Of a stretch of DNA of 64,000 nt, positions 39,546 through 53,020 are shown piece after piece. A program made the position numbers and the translations under genes. Position 1 is the stretch's first letter. Every line of letters starts with the position of its first letter. The stretch comes from Eledone cirrhosa (lineage: Eukaryota): positions 10,044,001-10,108,000 of the forward strand of contig OZ024740.1 of NCBI GenBank assembly GCA_964016885.1, given 5' to 3'. The notes under the pieces were generated by a model. That model had not been told where the DNA came from, made no database searches, and saw nothing but the letters and a program-made list of their open reading frames with translations.

Positions 39546-39546
<1 letters not shown>
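37971..39546 (-). mobile_element. 5'-truncated Penelope-like element (RT end/thumb, GIY-YIG, pLTR) between (TA)n tracts
   Basis: Uninterrupted frame from ~39546 (DFPSKHPNNRLPVLD..HYAKPMAS) to the stop at 38488, including CKTRNVVYSIRC..YIGETARSIGERIDQH..RQIRE..PKLN. Confidence 0.93.
38184..38224 (-). ncRNA. Hammerhead-like motif in PLE pLTR (stems I/III degenerate)
   Basis: CTGACGA-T-GTTGCA-gatg-TGCAAC-GAAA. A paralog lies at 48237-48278. Confidence 0.62.
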
Positions 39547-39630
<84 letters not shown>

Positions 39631-40137
39631 TCTATTATCTCTTCATCTATCTGTCTGTCTACCTATCCATCTACCCACCTATCTATTTACCTACTTATCT
39701 ACCCCACTATCTACTTTTTACCACCACACCACTCCTCTTTATATATCATAGAACCACATTTCCGTCTTCAATAGATATATACAAGTTTTGTTGGGAAAAC
39801 ACGAGTCTGATCTGAATCTTACGTATTCTATTTTCTATATTTTCTATTGATGTTCCCATACGAACTTCTGTTTTCTTCTAATCACTGGGAACTGATCATA
39901 CACACGTTTTCTAACACTCACGTTGTTCATGTTCCAAGGTCATGTGACAATTCGAGATATTCAACCTTGGGACAATGGCATTTGCACTTTGGTTTCTTCT
40001 TGTTATTTCTTCCTTTATTTTTTGTGTATAAATTATTAATGTTGTGACAAAATGGACTCTCAGTCAAATCTCACCGAAACCAACTTTGTTTTTCACCCTT
40101 TTTAAGGACATCGTTAAAATAAAGTATTAGTCTAGAG

Positions 40138-40306
40138 TAGGGTTTCCCAAACTTTTCTAAACGTGGAACCCTTTTTGGTTCAGAAACTTTTGGGGGAACC
40201 CTAAAGTTATATGATATAAATATACTCCTCTACCTTATTTCATGGGACCCCAGACACTCCTTTGAGGAACCCTTGGGTTCTGTGGAATCCACTTTGAGAA
40301 CCACTG
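40138..40306. mobile_element. hAT (Charlie-like) MITE
   Basis: Imperfect TIRs TAGGGTTTCCCAAA / TTTGAGAACCACTG. Perfect 8-bp TSD GTCTAGAG at 40130-40137 and 40307-40314. Confidence 0.88.
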
Positions 40307-40850
40307 GTCTAGAGATGGTTGTTTAGCTGAATTAGTAGAATGCATTATATGTTTTCGCTATTTTATGTTCTTGGTTTTCAAATGACACCGATGCCAACTT
40401 TGTTTTTCATCTTTTAAGATCATTGTTAAAATAAAGTATTAGTCTAGAGTGAGTTTTTAGCTGAATTAGTAGAATACAATATTTGTCCTGGCTCTTCGCA
40501 TTCTGAATATTCAAATCATGCCGAGGTCTACTTCTTGCATGATAGAATTCTTCCATCACTCAGTTTAACACCATTCCATAACCCTTGGACACTTTTAAAG
40601 AAGTCCTTTTTGTTGCAAGTATTCGAGTAAGGTCTTCAACCAGAAGATAACTATCGGAGGACCCTGCTCGTTCTCTCCCTGACAAATATGTGAAATACCT
40701 TCCACTTCCAGCTAACTTTCCACCACTCATGGAGGCTAAGAGAAAGATTTTACAATACCACAGAGCATAAATAACATGAATAAAAGTAACCAGGATTAAA
40801 TTACATTAAATTATTTTCTTAGAATCTTTTAGACAACATAAATAACATAA

Positions 40851-41030
40851 TTGTTTCTACTATTGGCACAAGGCCAGCATTTACTCAGTGCATTACTGGT
40901 ACTTTATTTTATTGACCTGACCCCGTAATGATGAAAGGCAAAGTTCACCTCGGCGGGATTTGAACTCAGAATGGCAAGGGCCGTAACTCTATGCGTCAAA
41001 GCATGGCGTCCGACCCTCTACCGATACTGG
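40851..41030 (-). mobile_element. tRNA-derived SINE (Meta-like core)
   Basis: Same family as 17620, 42370, 43390, 52214, 53460, 62018, 62499 and 62987. Confidence 0.8.
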
Positions 41031-41887
41031 AAGGACAGGTCTGGCTGTATGGGAAAGTAGGGAAAGATTATGAGTGCTGTCTCTTCCCTTCTGACATAGG
41101 GTTGACTGTGTATTTGGTGTGTCTATAACGGTATAATTCACCTTTTCTACACCATATTTAATTTATGCCTACTCATTTTCTGATACGAGGGTCGGCTGTG
41201 TATTCAACCTATTGAGAGCAGACGATAACTGATGAGGATGACAGTAAAGTGAAACGACTAAATAACAGTTTCCTTAGTTTACAGATTTTACAGATATTAC
41301 GGACGCTGTATATAATATAGTCTTAAATACCTACACTTCCCTCGTGCGGTCCTATTTGGTTATTACATTGAATAAGGTCGTATGACTAATTAGAGTCTGC
41401 CTCGATGACTTATACGGTCCTTATTGTAAATCTTATAGAGAATTGTTGATTGAGATTTGATCGTTACATGGAATATGGTCATGAGACGAGATATCGTATG
41501 TTTCATTGAAGCAGACGATACACGATGATGATGGTAGAAAGCAAAACTATCAACCATACCAAACCGCCTGAAACAATCTGTAGCTGTTTGTGTAAGGCGT
41601 TTATATTTATTTAGAAAATCTTCCATCACAATTTTATGTAAGAATCTTTGTTATGTTTTAAACTTATCAAAGCTGATTAAGAAGAAAGTTAGCCATGTTT
41701 CTAAACCCCTCTAAATTCTTCATTATTTTAAACATGATTTGAAAATAATAGGTAGTTTCTTTCATTAGAAATATACTAATGAAAGGGTTAAAATAACATG
41801 CTGCGATGAAATAGGATACACGGAGTTCTTTATTAGATCATGGACAGAAAACTGAAGGATTGTGGTGGCGAGAATGGCGAAGATTAC

Positions 41888-42075
41888 CGTATATACTTCA
41901 ATATAAGACGAGGAATATGTGACCAAAACATTGATGGCAAAATAGGGGGTCGGCTCTTATATTCACCATCTAAACATAATGTATTGATTAGCTGCCTCAG
42001 CTTATAAACCGGACTTGTTTTTTGCCCATTTCTCAAACATAAAATAGGGGTGTCGGCTTATATTGGGACCGACTT
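41888..42075. mobile_element. Possible Tc2/pogo-like DNA transposon end
   Basis: TA-CCGTATATACT..TATAAGACG terminus and repeated GGGTCGGCTTATATT motifs (also at ~41100-41205). Confidence 0.4.
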
Positions 42076-42086
42076 AAAGAGTAAAG

Positions 42087-42360
42087 TCCCCATCTGAGGC
42101 ACACGTCCAGGCAAGGTTGTTTATGGAAGACCAGCAGTCGCCCATACATACCAGTCTCCCCTCTCCATGCCACCGATGTTGTCCAAGGGAAAGGCAATGG
42201 CCGACACAACTTGGCACCAGTGACGTCACAACTCATTTCTACAGCTGACGTGAAATAAAGTGTCTTGCTCAAGGACACAACACATCACCCGGTCTCACAA
42301 TCGATCTCACAACCTCATGATTGCAAGCCCAACGCCCCAACTACAAAGCCATGTGCCTGC
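42087..42360 (-). mobile_element. tRNA-derived SINE
   Basis: Homologous to 15690-15940. Confidence 0.75.
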
Positions 42361-42369
42361 ACATAGATA

Positions 42370-42553
42370 ATTGTTTCTACTTTAGGCACAAGGCCAGCAA
42401 TTACCCAGAGTGCATTACTGGTACTTTATTTTATCGACCCCGTAAGGATGAAAGGCAAAGTCAACCTCGGCGGGATTTGAACTCAGATCGTAAAGGGACG
42501 TAACTATGCTGGAAAGCATGGCGTCCGACCCTCTACCGATACTGCCAATCCAA
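42370..42553 (-). mobile_element. tRNA-derived SINE (Meta-like core)
   Basis: Family match, including box B GAGTTCAAATCC. Confidence 0.82.
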
Positions 42554-43389
42554 TAATATACGGTAATCCTCCAAACACTTCCCGTCTTAGAATACTTTGT
42601 GATTAGATCCACAGATATCTTGGGACATTAATACATGAATAGATAAAATAGGAGTTGGTTACACCGTGGAAATGTTTGATCATAAATAGCAGTAACAACA
42701 ACAACAGCAGTAACAACAACAACAACATCAACAACATAAAGTCCTCAATACATAAAGTCTGAATTAAAAGAAATTTCCGATAGTCGGAACTAGTACAGCT
42801 GAGAAAGACAGATAGATAGAGTGAGAGAGAGAGAGAGATAGTAAGAGACAGGGGGGGGTAGCCGAGAGAGATAGTGAGAGAGATATAGCATGAGAAAGAG
42901 AGAGAGAGAGATATATATATAATAAGAGGGGGGTGAGATAGCGAGAGAGAGAGAGATGGTGAGAGAGATATAGCATGAGAAAGAGAGAGAGAGAGCGAGA
43001 CAGATTGATAGATATGTAGAGAGATAGTGTGTATATGTGAGTGTGTATGTGTGTGTGTACATGTGTGTGTGTGTTTACATGTGTGTGTGTGTATGTGTAA
43101 ATGAAAGACCGATATATAGATATTGAGAGGGAGAGAGAAAGAGAGAGAAAGAGACAAGTGTGTGTACGAAAGATAGAGTAATTTGATAAGTTAAAATAAT
43201 TTAACTTATTTATCTATATTTATTTACCTAACTCTCTCCCTCTTTCTCTCTCTCTCAGCTGCAACTTCGGTTGCCATTGTGCACTTTTACTCGGCCTTAT
43301 TGTAAACCCCCACTGTCCCTGTCTTTGTATTGTCCTCTACATGTCGGCCCTTGTGGCCAATAAATGAAATCATTATTATTTTTATGGAT

Positions 43390-43574
43390 AGGCGGTGGAT
43401 TAGCAGTATCGGTAGAGGGTCGGACGCCATGCTTTCCAGCATAGTTACATCCCTTAGCGATCTGAGTTCAAATCCCGCTGGGGTTGACTTTGCCTTTCAT
43501 CCTTACGGGGTCGATAAAATAAAGTACCAGTAATACACTGGAGTAATAGCTGGCCTTGTGCCAAAAGTAGAAAC

Positions 43575-43577
<3 letters not shown>
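43390..43577 (+). mobile_element. tRNA-derived SINE (Meta-like core), full length
   Basis: Runs from GGCGGTGGATTAGCAGTATCGG through GAGTTCAAATCC to GTAGAAACAAT. Confidence 0.82.
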
Positions 43578-43624
<47 letters not shown>

Positions 43625-43901
43625 AAACATAAATTATCGAGATTCGCATTTCGGCCCACGAAATAACGAAAAGCAACCTCCGAGATGTGCGGCAAGTGCT
43701 CAATGATTCAGAAGAACCAGAGCTATAACAAACGTTAAAGGCCAAACACACTGAGACGATGGTTAAATAATCACTCGCATAGCCAAAAAAAACGATCAAA
43801 TAATTCCGGTATTGAAAATATATATACACCCCCACTCTCAAGAGCGTGAAACTAATAAACCCTTGTTTGTACTGCCTCTGTTTTCGTTCCCGTTCCAATT
43901 T

Positions 43902-43986
<85 letters not shown>

Positions 43987-44164
43987 TGTGTGAGTTAGAG
44001 AGAGAGAGAGAGCGATGACATATTTATATAATGTTAAACGGTTGCAGTATAATCAATGAATGAGGCTACTTGAAACGAAAGAGCTACTACAATTAGGAAT
44101 TGAAACCGTATCATAAAGGTCTTAGAGAACAGCCAGCATCTAGATTCTACAATAAAGAACCACA

Positions 44165-44995
44165 ACAACATAACTACTACCACTACAACTATGACACTAA
44201 CTATCAGTACATCTATGACAACCACTACTATGCTATCACCTCTACACCATCACTACTACCACTACAACTATGACACTATCACTATAACCTCTATTACAAC
44301 CACTCTATGCCATCACCCCTACTATAAATATCACTACTATCACCACCACTGTGACATTCACTAACCATCACTATAATCTCTATTACAACCACTCTATGCC
44401 ATCACCTCTACTATAAACATCACTACTACCACCGCCACTGTGACATTCACTAACCATCACTACAATCTCTATGAAACCACTACCATGCCATCACCTCTAC
44501 TATAAACATCACTACTACCACCGCCACTGTGACATTCACTAACCATCACTACAATCTATATGACAACCACTACCATACCATCACCTCTACTATAAACATC
44601 ACTACGCCATCACTACTACCACCGCCACTGTGACATTCACTAACCATCACTACAATCTCTATGACAACCACTACTATCCTATCACCTCCACTATAAACAT
44701 TACTAAGCCATCACTACTTCCACCGCCACCGCCACTGCCACTATAACCATCACCATCACCATCACTATCACTGCAACTACCACCATTACCACCACTAGCA
44801 CTACCACTGCCACTATAACCATGACCATCACTACAATTACCACCATTACCACTATTACAGCCACCACTACCACCACCACTGCCACCATCACCATCACCAT
44901 CACTGCAACTACCATCATTACCACCATTACGATCATTACCCCTATTACAACTGCTACTACCACTATAACTACAACTACCATCATTACCACCACCG
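44165..44995. repeat. CAC/TAC/CAT-rich repeat with a ~75-95-bp higher-order unit
   Basis: CCACTGTGACATTCACTAACCATCACTA recurs four times between 44345 and 44655. Confidence 0.85.
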
Positions 44996-47149
44996 TCCGA
45001 CATGTTTTTTCACTTTTATTTTATTTATAAATCCTCTTCTTTTTTAGTTATTTTCTGATAAAACATCAGCGACATCAGATTGACGATGTTTATTTGTTTA
45101 CACACAATAAACCTCTTCACACAACATAGCTTTTGATTTACAAAACAAACATATTATTAAGATATTTACGTATATTATATACAATATTATATATATAATA
45201 TAAAATAATTTAGATATAAATGCGTCGTCTGCCAACGCCATCAGCTTCTTCTTCCTTCTACAGTTCTTGTCTGGTGTTGAAAAATTATTATGCAAAATAC
45301 ATTTTAAATATTATATATAAATATAATGAATTTTTTAAATGTGTCGTCTACCCCGCCATTAATTAGAAGACATTTCGGGTGTCGTCTGCCATTCGTTTTG
45401 ATGTTTACTTTTTGCACCTAATAAATTGATTACTATTTGTAATATCTATCCTCTTTTATTTATACTTTAATTATTGTTGTTTTATATCACTTTCTAATTT
45501 AATAGAAAGAAGAGAAAAATAAATCTCGTAAATTTGTGTTTCCTATTACGTTCGTCTTCGGTAGTTTTCGTGTTATTCCGTGTTATTGTGTGAGGGTGCC
45601 AGCAGTTTCCACCTCTCTCACTCCTCTCTTTCTCTCTCTCATTTGTTCTTCTTTATTCACTTCAAACTACTAGCTTTCTCTCTCTCTCTCTCTCACTCTC
45701 TCTCTCTCTCTCTCTCTCACTCTCTCTGTCATATACTTTCAATGTTGTTACATTCTCTGCTCTTGTTTATTTACCTATCTTTTTCAGCCTTTTTTTCACT
45801 TCCACTCTCTTTCCTTCTCTCACTCTCTCCCAGTCTCTCTTTCTATTTATCTCTGTCTCTCTGCCTCTCTTTCTCTCTCTCTCTCACTCACTCAGTCTCT
45901 CTCATCTCTTTCTCTTTGTTTTTATCTCTCCTCTCACCACTCTCTTTTTCCCTTTTCCATGTTCTCTTTGTCTTTATATTTATCCTTTTCTCACCTCTCT
46001 CTTCTTTCACTCTCTCTCCTTTTCTCTCTTCTCTCTATCTTTATCTCTCTGCCTCTCTCTTCTTACCTCTTTCTCTCCTTTTGTTACAACCCCCCTCCCC
46101 TCATCGTTTTTATCCCCCCCCCCTCTATAATTTCCTGCTCCCTCTAAATCTTTCTCTTACTCTCTCTTCCCTCCTTTTCTAACTTACTTTACTCTCTCTC
46201 TTCACCCTCTCTCTCCCACCTACCACACATCTCAGTCTTTCTCTACCACCTCTATTATTCTTTCACTCTCTCTCTCTCTTCCTCTCTCCTCCCACTCTCC
46301 ATTTCCTCACTCCCTCTCTTCCCCATTCTCACTATTTATTCCAAACTTTCTCCCTCTCTTTCTCCCTCTCTTTCTCCCTCTCACTCTTTCTCTCTCTCTT
46401 TCTCCCGCTCACTCTTTCTCTCTCTCTTTCTCCCTCTCACTCTTTCTCTCTCACGCTTTATTTTCTCACTGTCCTTCACCTCCCACTCATTGTCTACTCA
46501 AACCTATCATCTCTCTCTCTCTTTCTTTCTCTCTCCCTTTCTCTTCCTCGTCTTCTCTCTCTCTCCAATTTATATATAACACTATTATCCCCACCCCCCT
46601 CCGCTTCCCCCCACACTATCATCCCCTACCCCCACTACACTGCCATTCAACTATGTCTAAATTGTAATAGAATAATGTCAAACGTCCCCCACCCCACTTC
46701 CCCTATCCCACACTACTCTCTTTCGATGGGACTTTCACTATCTGGCTGGTAAAAGAACTTACCTGTTGAATGTAATAAGCTATCAATTATGTCATAAATT
46801 ATTCTGCACTGTTGCTTTGTAAATCATACGTTGATAGCGATGACATATATATATATACAATATGTTGAAAAGGTAACACACCAGAGAGACATATACAGTG
46901 CGCTATCAATAAAACAGGGAAAAACCACCAGTGTATGGAATATATAACCTATGAAAGGCAGACTATCGACACGATAATTAAAAATATAAATTAAAGCGTA
47001 AATAAATACCTCTATAACTATATAACACACGTACAAATCCAAAGAGATCTGTAAAGAGCTCAGGATTTCCTCTCCTTTGAGCACATTATTTACAGGGAAT
47101 GGCGAGAGTCTATGGCTCCATTAATTTATCGTGATATATATATATATAT

Positions 47150-47860
47150 ATAAATGAAAGGTATAGAAAACATTGTAGCAAAAAGCCAGCAGTATTCCAT
47201 AATATATAAGTGACTATAGCGTCAAAATGGGAAAAATAGTTAACGTAAGATGTGGGAAAAATAATTCAAACTCAACTCAAAGAGAATCAGGATATAGATT
47301 CATCCACAGAATTTAGTGAAATCCAGGGAAAAATCAATAGAGCCTTAACTCATGATAAAATAAAGTTTAAAATACTCATCCTTCAATTTGGAAAAACTTC
47401 AAATGCTCTGTATAGTCTTAAAGACTATTTCACGAAAACTTTCAGTGGAGATGGTCACGGTTGGAATTCGATCGCCAGCAGAGCTCAACTCGATAACCAA
47501 AATTTCTCACTGATTAATATGCCAAAAAGGGAATTTAAAACAGGCTAGTTCACCATCATGCGTGATTATGAAAAATAAAACGCACATGTGGAAAGACGGG
47601 GCTGGTGACGTCAGAATGAGACGAATGTTTGTTTACAAGAAACAACACTAAAAAAAACATTCCGAAAAAAACTCTACAATAAGGAGTTCAGCAAAAAGCA
47701 ATATTATCGCGGTTTTTTATAAAGAAAATACCGGGATTAGTCACAAATAGTTTAAGCATTCTAGGAAAGAAATCCGAGTATAAATATATAAATGAAAGGT
47801 ATAGAAAACATTGTAGCAAAAAGCCAGCAGTATTCCATAATATATAAGTGACTATAGCGT
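47150..47860 (+). mobile_element. Element with ~72-bp terminal direct repeats between (TA)n tracts; probable decayed PLE tandem
   Basis: TAAATGAAAGGTATAGAAAACATTGTAGC...GACTATAGCGT occurs at ~47151 and ~47788. A related sequence lies at 37645-37708. Confidence 0.55.
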
Positions 47861-47983
47861 AAAAAAAAAAATATATATATATATGTATGTATATATATAT
47901 ATATATATATCCACTCTACTACCTCAAGTATTGAGTACTTTGGTGCGTTATGGTCCACCTGGTTCCTTACCACATTTCCTTCG

Positions 47984-48029
<46 letters not shown>

Positions 48030-48035
<6 letters not shown>

Positions 48036-48300
48036 ATACTTGGGGAGGGTCATATTTGTGTAATATTGCCAGAATTAATAACAGAACACACTCACTGTTT
48101 GGTTGGTTTTTGCTTTTCGCTTCTGTGTCTTTTATATCGTTAATCTAATTTATTCGGTCCTCAATGTTGCCATTGACTGACCAACGGTCAAAAATAATAC
48201 AGATACAATATAGACACAAACACATATATATAGTTTATCAAAGTTCTTTCGTTGCACATCTGCAACATCGTCAGTGGTACTATTGTTTACTCCCGTTACA
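48030..48300 (-). mobile_element. Solo pLTR of the 37971-39546 PLE, with hammerhead at 48237-48278
   Basis: Near-identical to 37971-38225. Motif ACCA-CTGACGA-T-GTTGCA-gatg-TGCAAC-GAAA-GAA-CTT-TGAT. Confidence 0.8.
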
Positions 48301-48303
48301 TTG

Positions 48304-48377
<74 letters not shown>

Positions 48378-48381
<4 letters not shown>

Positions 48382-48917
48382 ATACTTTGGGAGGGTCATG
48401 TTGCCAATAAGAAACACACGCACTAGTTGCTTTCACTTCAATTTATTATTATAATAAATTTATAATAAATTTATAAATTTATAAATTTCTGGTTGGTTGG
48501 TTGGTTCCACAACCAGATAGTTGTTTATATATTGTCATAGTTCTTTCGTCACACACTCTGTGACCTCTTCAAATATGAGTGGAACAGCAACATCACAACT
48601 TACAATTAAGGACAAAATGAAAACACACACACACATAGAACAAACAACCAACCAGTAACATGTAAATAAACAAATAAATAAATGAACATAAACACACACA
48701 GACACCCGGATGTGGCGCATGCGCAGACCGAGCACACAACACACACACAGAAACAAAATGGCGTAGGACAGAACAAAGGAGAGGCACAGAAACAAAGAAA
48801 GGAATCCCCAGTCACTGAAGAGGTCACAGAGTGTGTGACGAAAGAACTATGACAATATATAAACAACTATCTGGTTGTGGAACCAACCAACCAACCAGAA
48901 ATTTATAAATTTATAAA
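48378..48917. mobile_element. Inverted plus direct pLTR pair of the PLE at 1259-2388
   Basis: 48378-48570 is the reverse complement of ~2137-2328, and 48571-48917 matches ~1875-2237. Confidence 0.88.
48811..48853 (+). ncRNA. Minimal type I hammerhead ribozyme, intact core
   Basis: GTCA-CTGAAGA-G-GTCACA-gagtg-TGTGAC-GAAA-GAA-CTA-TGAC. Confidence 0.82.
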
Positions 48918-49686
48918 TCTATATATATAAAACTGTGGTTGTCTGTCTGTCTATCGATTTTTGGCACACATCTCCTCTTAGAATCTCTCACGGAATTGCA
49001 CCGAAATTGCTATACTTGTACATTGAGCCCTAGCGAAGACATCGGAAAAAAAAAATTTCAAATTGACCCACCCTATGTGACGAAATCGAATATAATGTAT
49101 CGATTTTTGAGCGTAAGTTATCAGTTATTTTCCTTTGTTCTGTTTACATTGAGCGTCTTACGTAAAAAATTACGCTGGCTTTCTCAGCAAAATATTGACC
49201 TGCAAAATTCATCAGTTCGAACACTAAGCTTCCGTTTTGCTTCATTTCCATTTAAAAGCATTTTAAAACAATATTTTTACTTGAAAACAAGTCTATTTAA
49301 AGACTACGTAAAACAAGTAAATATTTCAGGCGTGCAGACAGACAGTCGTGCAGAGAGGTGATATAGGCGTGCAGACAGACATAACTGATAATTTGGTTAC
49401 GCTAATGTTTTTCTCTGCGTTGCAGTGTTTACATTTTCGATCTTTGTTAATAAATAACCAGTGCAGTTTCTATCTCCAGCATCCTCTTTTGTTATAACAT
49501 TCGGGTTATCGTTATGTTTTCTTAACTTCATAAGGCATATTGTTGGTTGAGGGAATATTAATCAAAAACACCACATGCAAGTCTGCACAGTAGACACTAC
49601 AGTTTTTAAGCCAAGAAAGAAACTTAACATTGTAACTTTAACACAGCTACTGAGCGACCCCGAGCAACGCCGGGCTTTACTGCTAG
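48918..49686 (+). mobile_element. Non-autonomous Helitron
   Basis: 5' end A|TCTATATATATAAAA followed by a (GTCT)n run. 3' hairpin CCCG-A-GC-AAC-GC-CGGG at 49659-49674, then CTAG|T. No TSD. Confidence 0.85.
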
Positions 49687-49714
49687 TTTATTATAAATTA
49701 AATTTATATATTTA

Positions 49715-49845
49715 GGAATTTATAAATTTCCGGATGGTTGTTCATATATTGTCAAAGTTCTCTCGTCACACATTCTGTACCCTCTTCAGTGACTGGGGAT
49801 TCTTTTCTTTGTTTTTGTGCCTCTCTTTTGTTCTTTCCTACGCCA
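49715..49845 (-). mobile_element. Diverged PLE pLTR fragment with decayed hammerhead
   Basis: Homologous to 2078-2235, with GAAA changed to GAGA. Confidence 0.72.
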
Positions 49846-49923
49846 TATATATATATATTTGTGCATGTGTGTGTGTATAGATATATGTGTTTGTGTATAT
49901 ATGTGTGTGTGTTCGTGTATATA

Positions 49924-49955
<32 letters not shown>

Positions 49956-50599
49956 AATGTTCTTTTTTGGCCGGTGATTCATATGTCTGTGGAGATATAT
50001 ACATATGAGCATCTTGTATATAATATATGCATGTGCCAAATTTAAAAACTCACTGGGAATAACGACAAAAACATATATACTACTATTTAAAATCCCATAT
50101 TGAATGTTTCTACACACCATCTATTTGGATCTCAATACCCCTGAAGTGTTTCAATTACAATAATTTCAATTCCAAACAGCTAAATACTTCTATCAATTTT
50201 TCCCAATTATCTCCCTTTTCCATGGGTAGTCTCTCAATTCTTCCTCTAGAGGTATTTCTATCCATACATCTGCTGCAAAATACAATTTGTTTTTCTCTTT
50301 TTTTTTTTTTGTTCTTCAAGGTAATATATCTTTCTTAATTGATCTCGTTAATATTATAGTCACACTATTCATTGAATTATTTTTATTCATTGATTTTTCA
50401 TTCCACATTCCAAAAGAAAAAAAAAACAAATGTTACATTTTTGCTGTCATTTAAAAAAATTATATAATTCTTTCTTTATTTGTTTACATGTCTCTAGTGG
50501 GACCACTTTTATATGAAGTTAAATAATTAGTAAAACTCCTGTTCATTTGCTGCTATACATTTCTATCAGTAGTTTGAAATATTTGCTTGTCACATAAGC

Positions 50600-50870
50600 A
50601 TTACAGAAACAGACATCACTGAAGATGTCACAGAAAAATGTGCAACAAAAAAACTTTGAGAAATCATATTTATATTTTTAACTGTTCGTCAATCAATGAT
50701 AAACTTTGATTGACAACTAAATTATTTATAAAAATATAAAAATGTACTGAAGCAAACAGTGAGTGTGTTTTACTATTTTTGGCAATATTAGGATGACATG
50801 ACCCTCCCCAAATATAACAATTTATGTTTCAACACACTATTTCATATGAAAAACCTTGCAAAACAAATAT
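50600..50870 (+). mobile_element. Old PLE pLTR remnant
   Basis: CTGAAGATGTCACA..TGTG hammerhead relic and the shared end motif ATGACCCTCCCCAAATATAACAA. Confidence 0.6.
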
Positions 50871-52213
50871 ATCACCTCAATAAAAGAATATTGTTTATCA
50901 TGAAACCACTCAGTGGGAAATCTTGATCCATGTTTTACCACTGGTAAAAGATTTTGAACTGGATGTCTGTCACTTAGAAAGAAAATGATCATTGTGTTTC
51001 AAATAAGGCATTGTTTCAGAATTACTATGATTCTGTTACAAGAAACTGGCCATCAGTTGACTCATATTAGGTATTCTGTTAATATCATCATAGATTTTTT
51101 CATGTTACATTTTTCATGCTGGTATGAGTTGGTAATATAATGATATATCAAATAATATATGTGTAGTAAAGAAGGATAATACTATAATAAATGGTATAAG
51201 TATAGAGCAATAATATATTGCAGAAGTGAGATTATAGATCAAAATATAAACAAGGTATGCATATTGAAATAAATGCAAAAATGATTGATATATTTCTGCA
51301 CAGACATGATTCATATTTCTAATAGAAATAGAATTATAAAAACATAGGTTTGTATGGCACCATCATTTGCTTTGGAGAGACCGGTAATACACTTTTATCT
51401 ATGCAAACAACTTGATGTTGGTTAGTGAAGTGAATTGATGCATAATTTAATATATGATAATTAAAAGCTAAAATGCAACTCGTATAAACCTGATCCTCCC
51501 CCCAAATTGGAGGTCATCAAAGATTAAAGAAATCTTGCCATTATTCCAATACATAAGTTTCTATCTCGCAAAATCAAAGGAGCAATGATTGTTGTACTTT
51601 CAATCTAAAGGTGTAAAAGGTGACATGATACATGAAAATGAAGTAAAAACCCAGAATTCAATAATAATACATATAGGGCTTCAAACATATTCAAAACTCG
51701 TTACAGCTAACATGTTCACACATTTTGTTGCATTACTAGTATGAAAGATACTGTAACATTCTCTTATTTATGGGCAGTGGAAAGTAACCATACGACATGT
51801 GATATAAAGTTGGTATTTGTCGTGTATTGAATTTGTATTCAGTGGTTTCTAACAAGTCCTGTGTAATTGTTTAATTATCTAATCACAATCAAGAGAAATT
51901 TGAAAATTACTCTTACTTGTTCTACACCCATTGGGAAATAAACAAGACCTGACAATATTACCAATAGAGCACAGTCTGTGGCGATAGAAGTCCTTGCTAT
52001 TTATGTAGAGCAGAAACAAATTAAATTTATTTGCAAGCAAACATTTATTAGTAAATGTCAATACAAAATATGAAAAACAAAAGTAGCAAATAGTTCACTG
52101 CCATGACAGTGGTAAGAAGCTCTCAGGAGAACTGGACAGCAGAAGCTCTTCAGAGAAGAAACTCCCTTCAAGCGAGTGTTTCAGAACTTAACTTCATGAC
52201 ATAAACAAATAAT

Positions 52214-52397
52214 TGTTTCTACTTTTGGCACAAGGCCAGCAATTATCCCAGTGCATTACTGGTATTTTATTTTATCGACCCTGTATGGATGAAAGGTAAA
52301 GTTAACCTCGGCGGGATTTGAACTCAGAATGGCAAGGGCTGTAACTCTATGCGTCAAAGCATGGCGTCCAACTCTCTACCGATACTGCCAATCCCCC
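52214..52397 (-). mobile_element. tRNA-derived SINE with 16-bp TSD
   Basis: GACATAAACAAATAAT at 52198-52213 and 52398-52413. Confidence 0.88.
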
Positions 52398-53020
52398 GAC
52401 ATAAACAAATAATGAACATTCATATCAAAAGTATCTTACTTACCAATTTTGAATTAATTCTCCCTCACATTACCCCTAGAAAATATATTTCAATTTCACT
52501 CAACATTCACACAACCATATATGGATATATTCATATAATTGTATTCTCTCAGAAAAAGGGTTTGATTGGAATGAAAGGGATCAGAAAATAATATACAACT
52601 TTATTTTTATGGAAATCATGGTATGACTGCAAATATAAGTTTTATGAGGCTAAAGATGTATATATTAAACTTAAATGTCATAAAACTGAGTTTTCATTTA
52701 TTTCTACATCAACTCTCACCAGTATTTTCATATTACATTCACATTAATATCAGTAATATTTAAATTTTTAAATATAAATAATGTTTATAATTATATGTTC
52801 CACCATAATCCTTATCATTTAAATCTCATATGTAATATAATATAATTAATTTTTAATCTAATATTTATTAATGCCATTTCAATATTCTTATATTTCAAGT
52901 CTCATATTATGAGACAACAGAGATAAATATATATATATATAAATATATATATATATAAATATATATATATAAAATAAAGTTAAATAAAAGTCAAATGATT
53001 AAAATTTAGCTTCGTTTATT

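Noticed and set aside
41229-41262. CTGATGAG...GAAAC hammerhead-like match
   Set aside because: Stems I and II do not pair.
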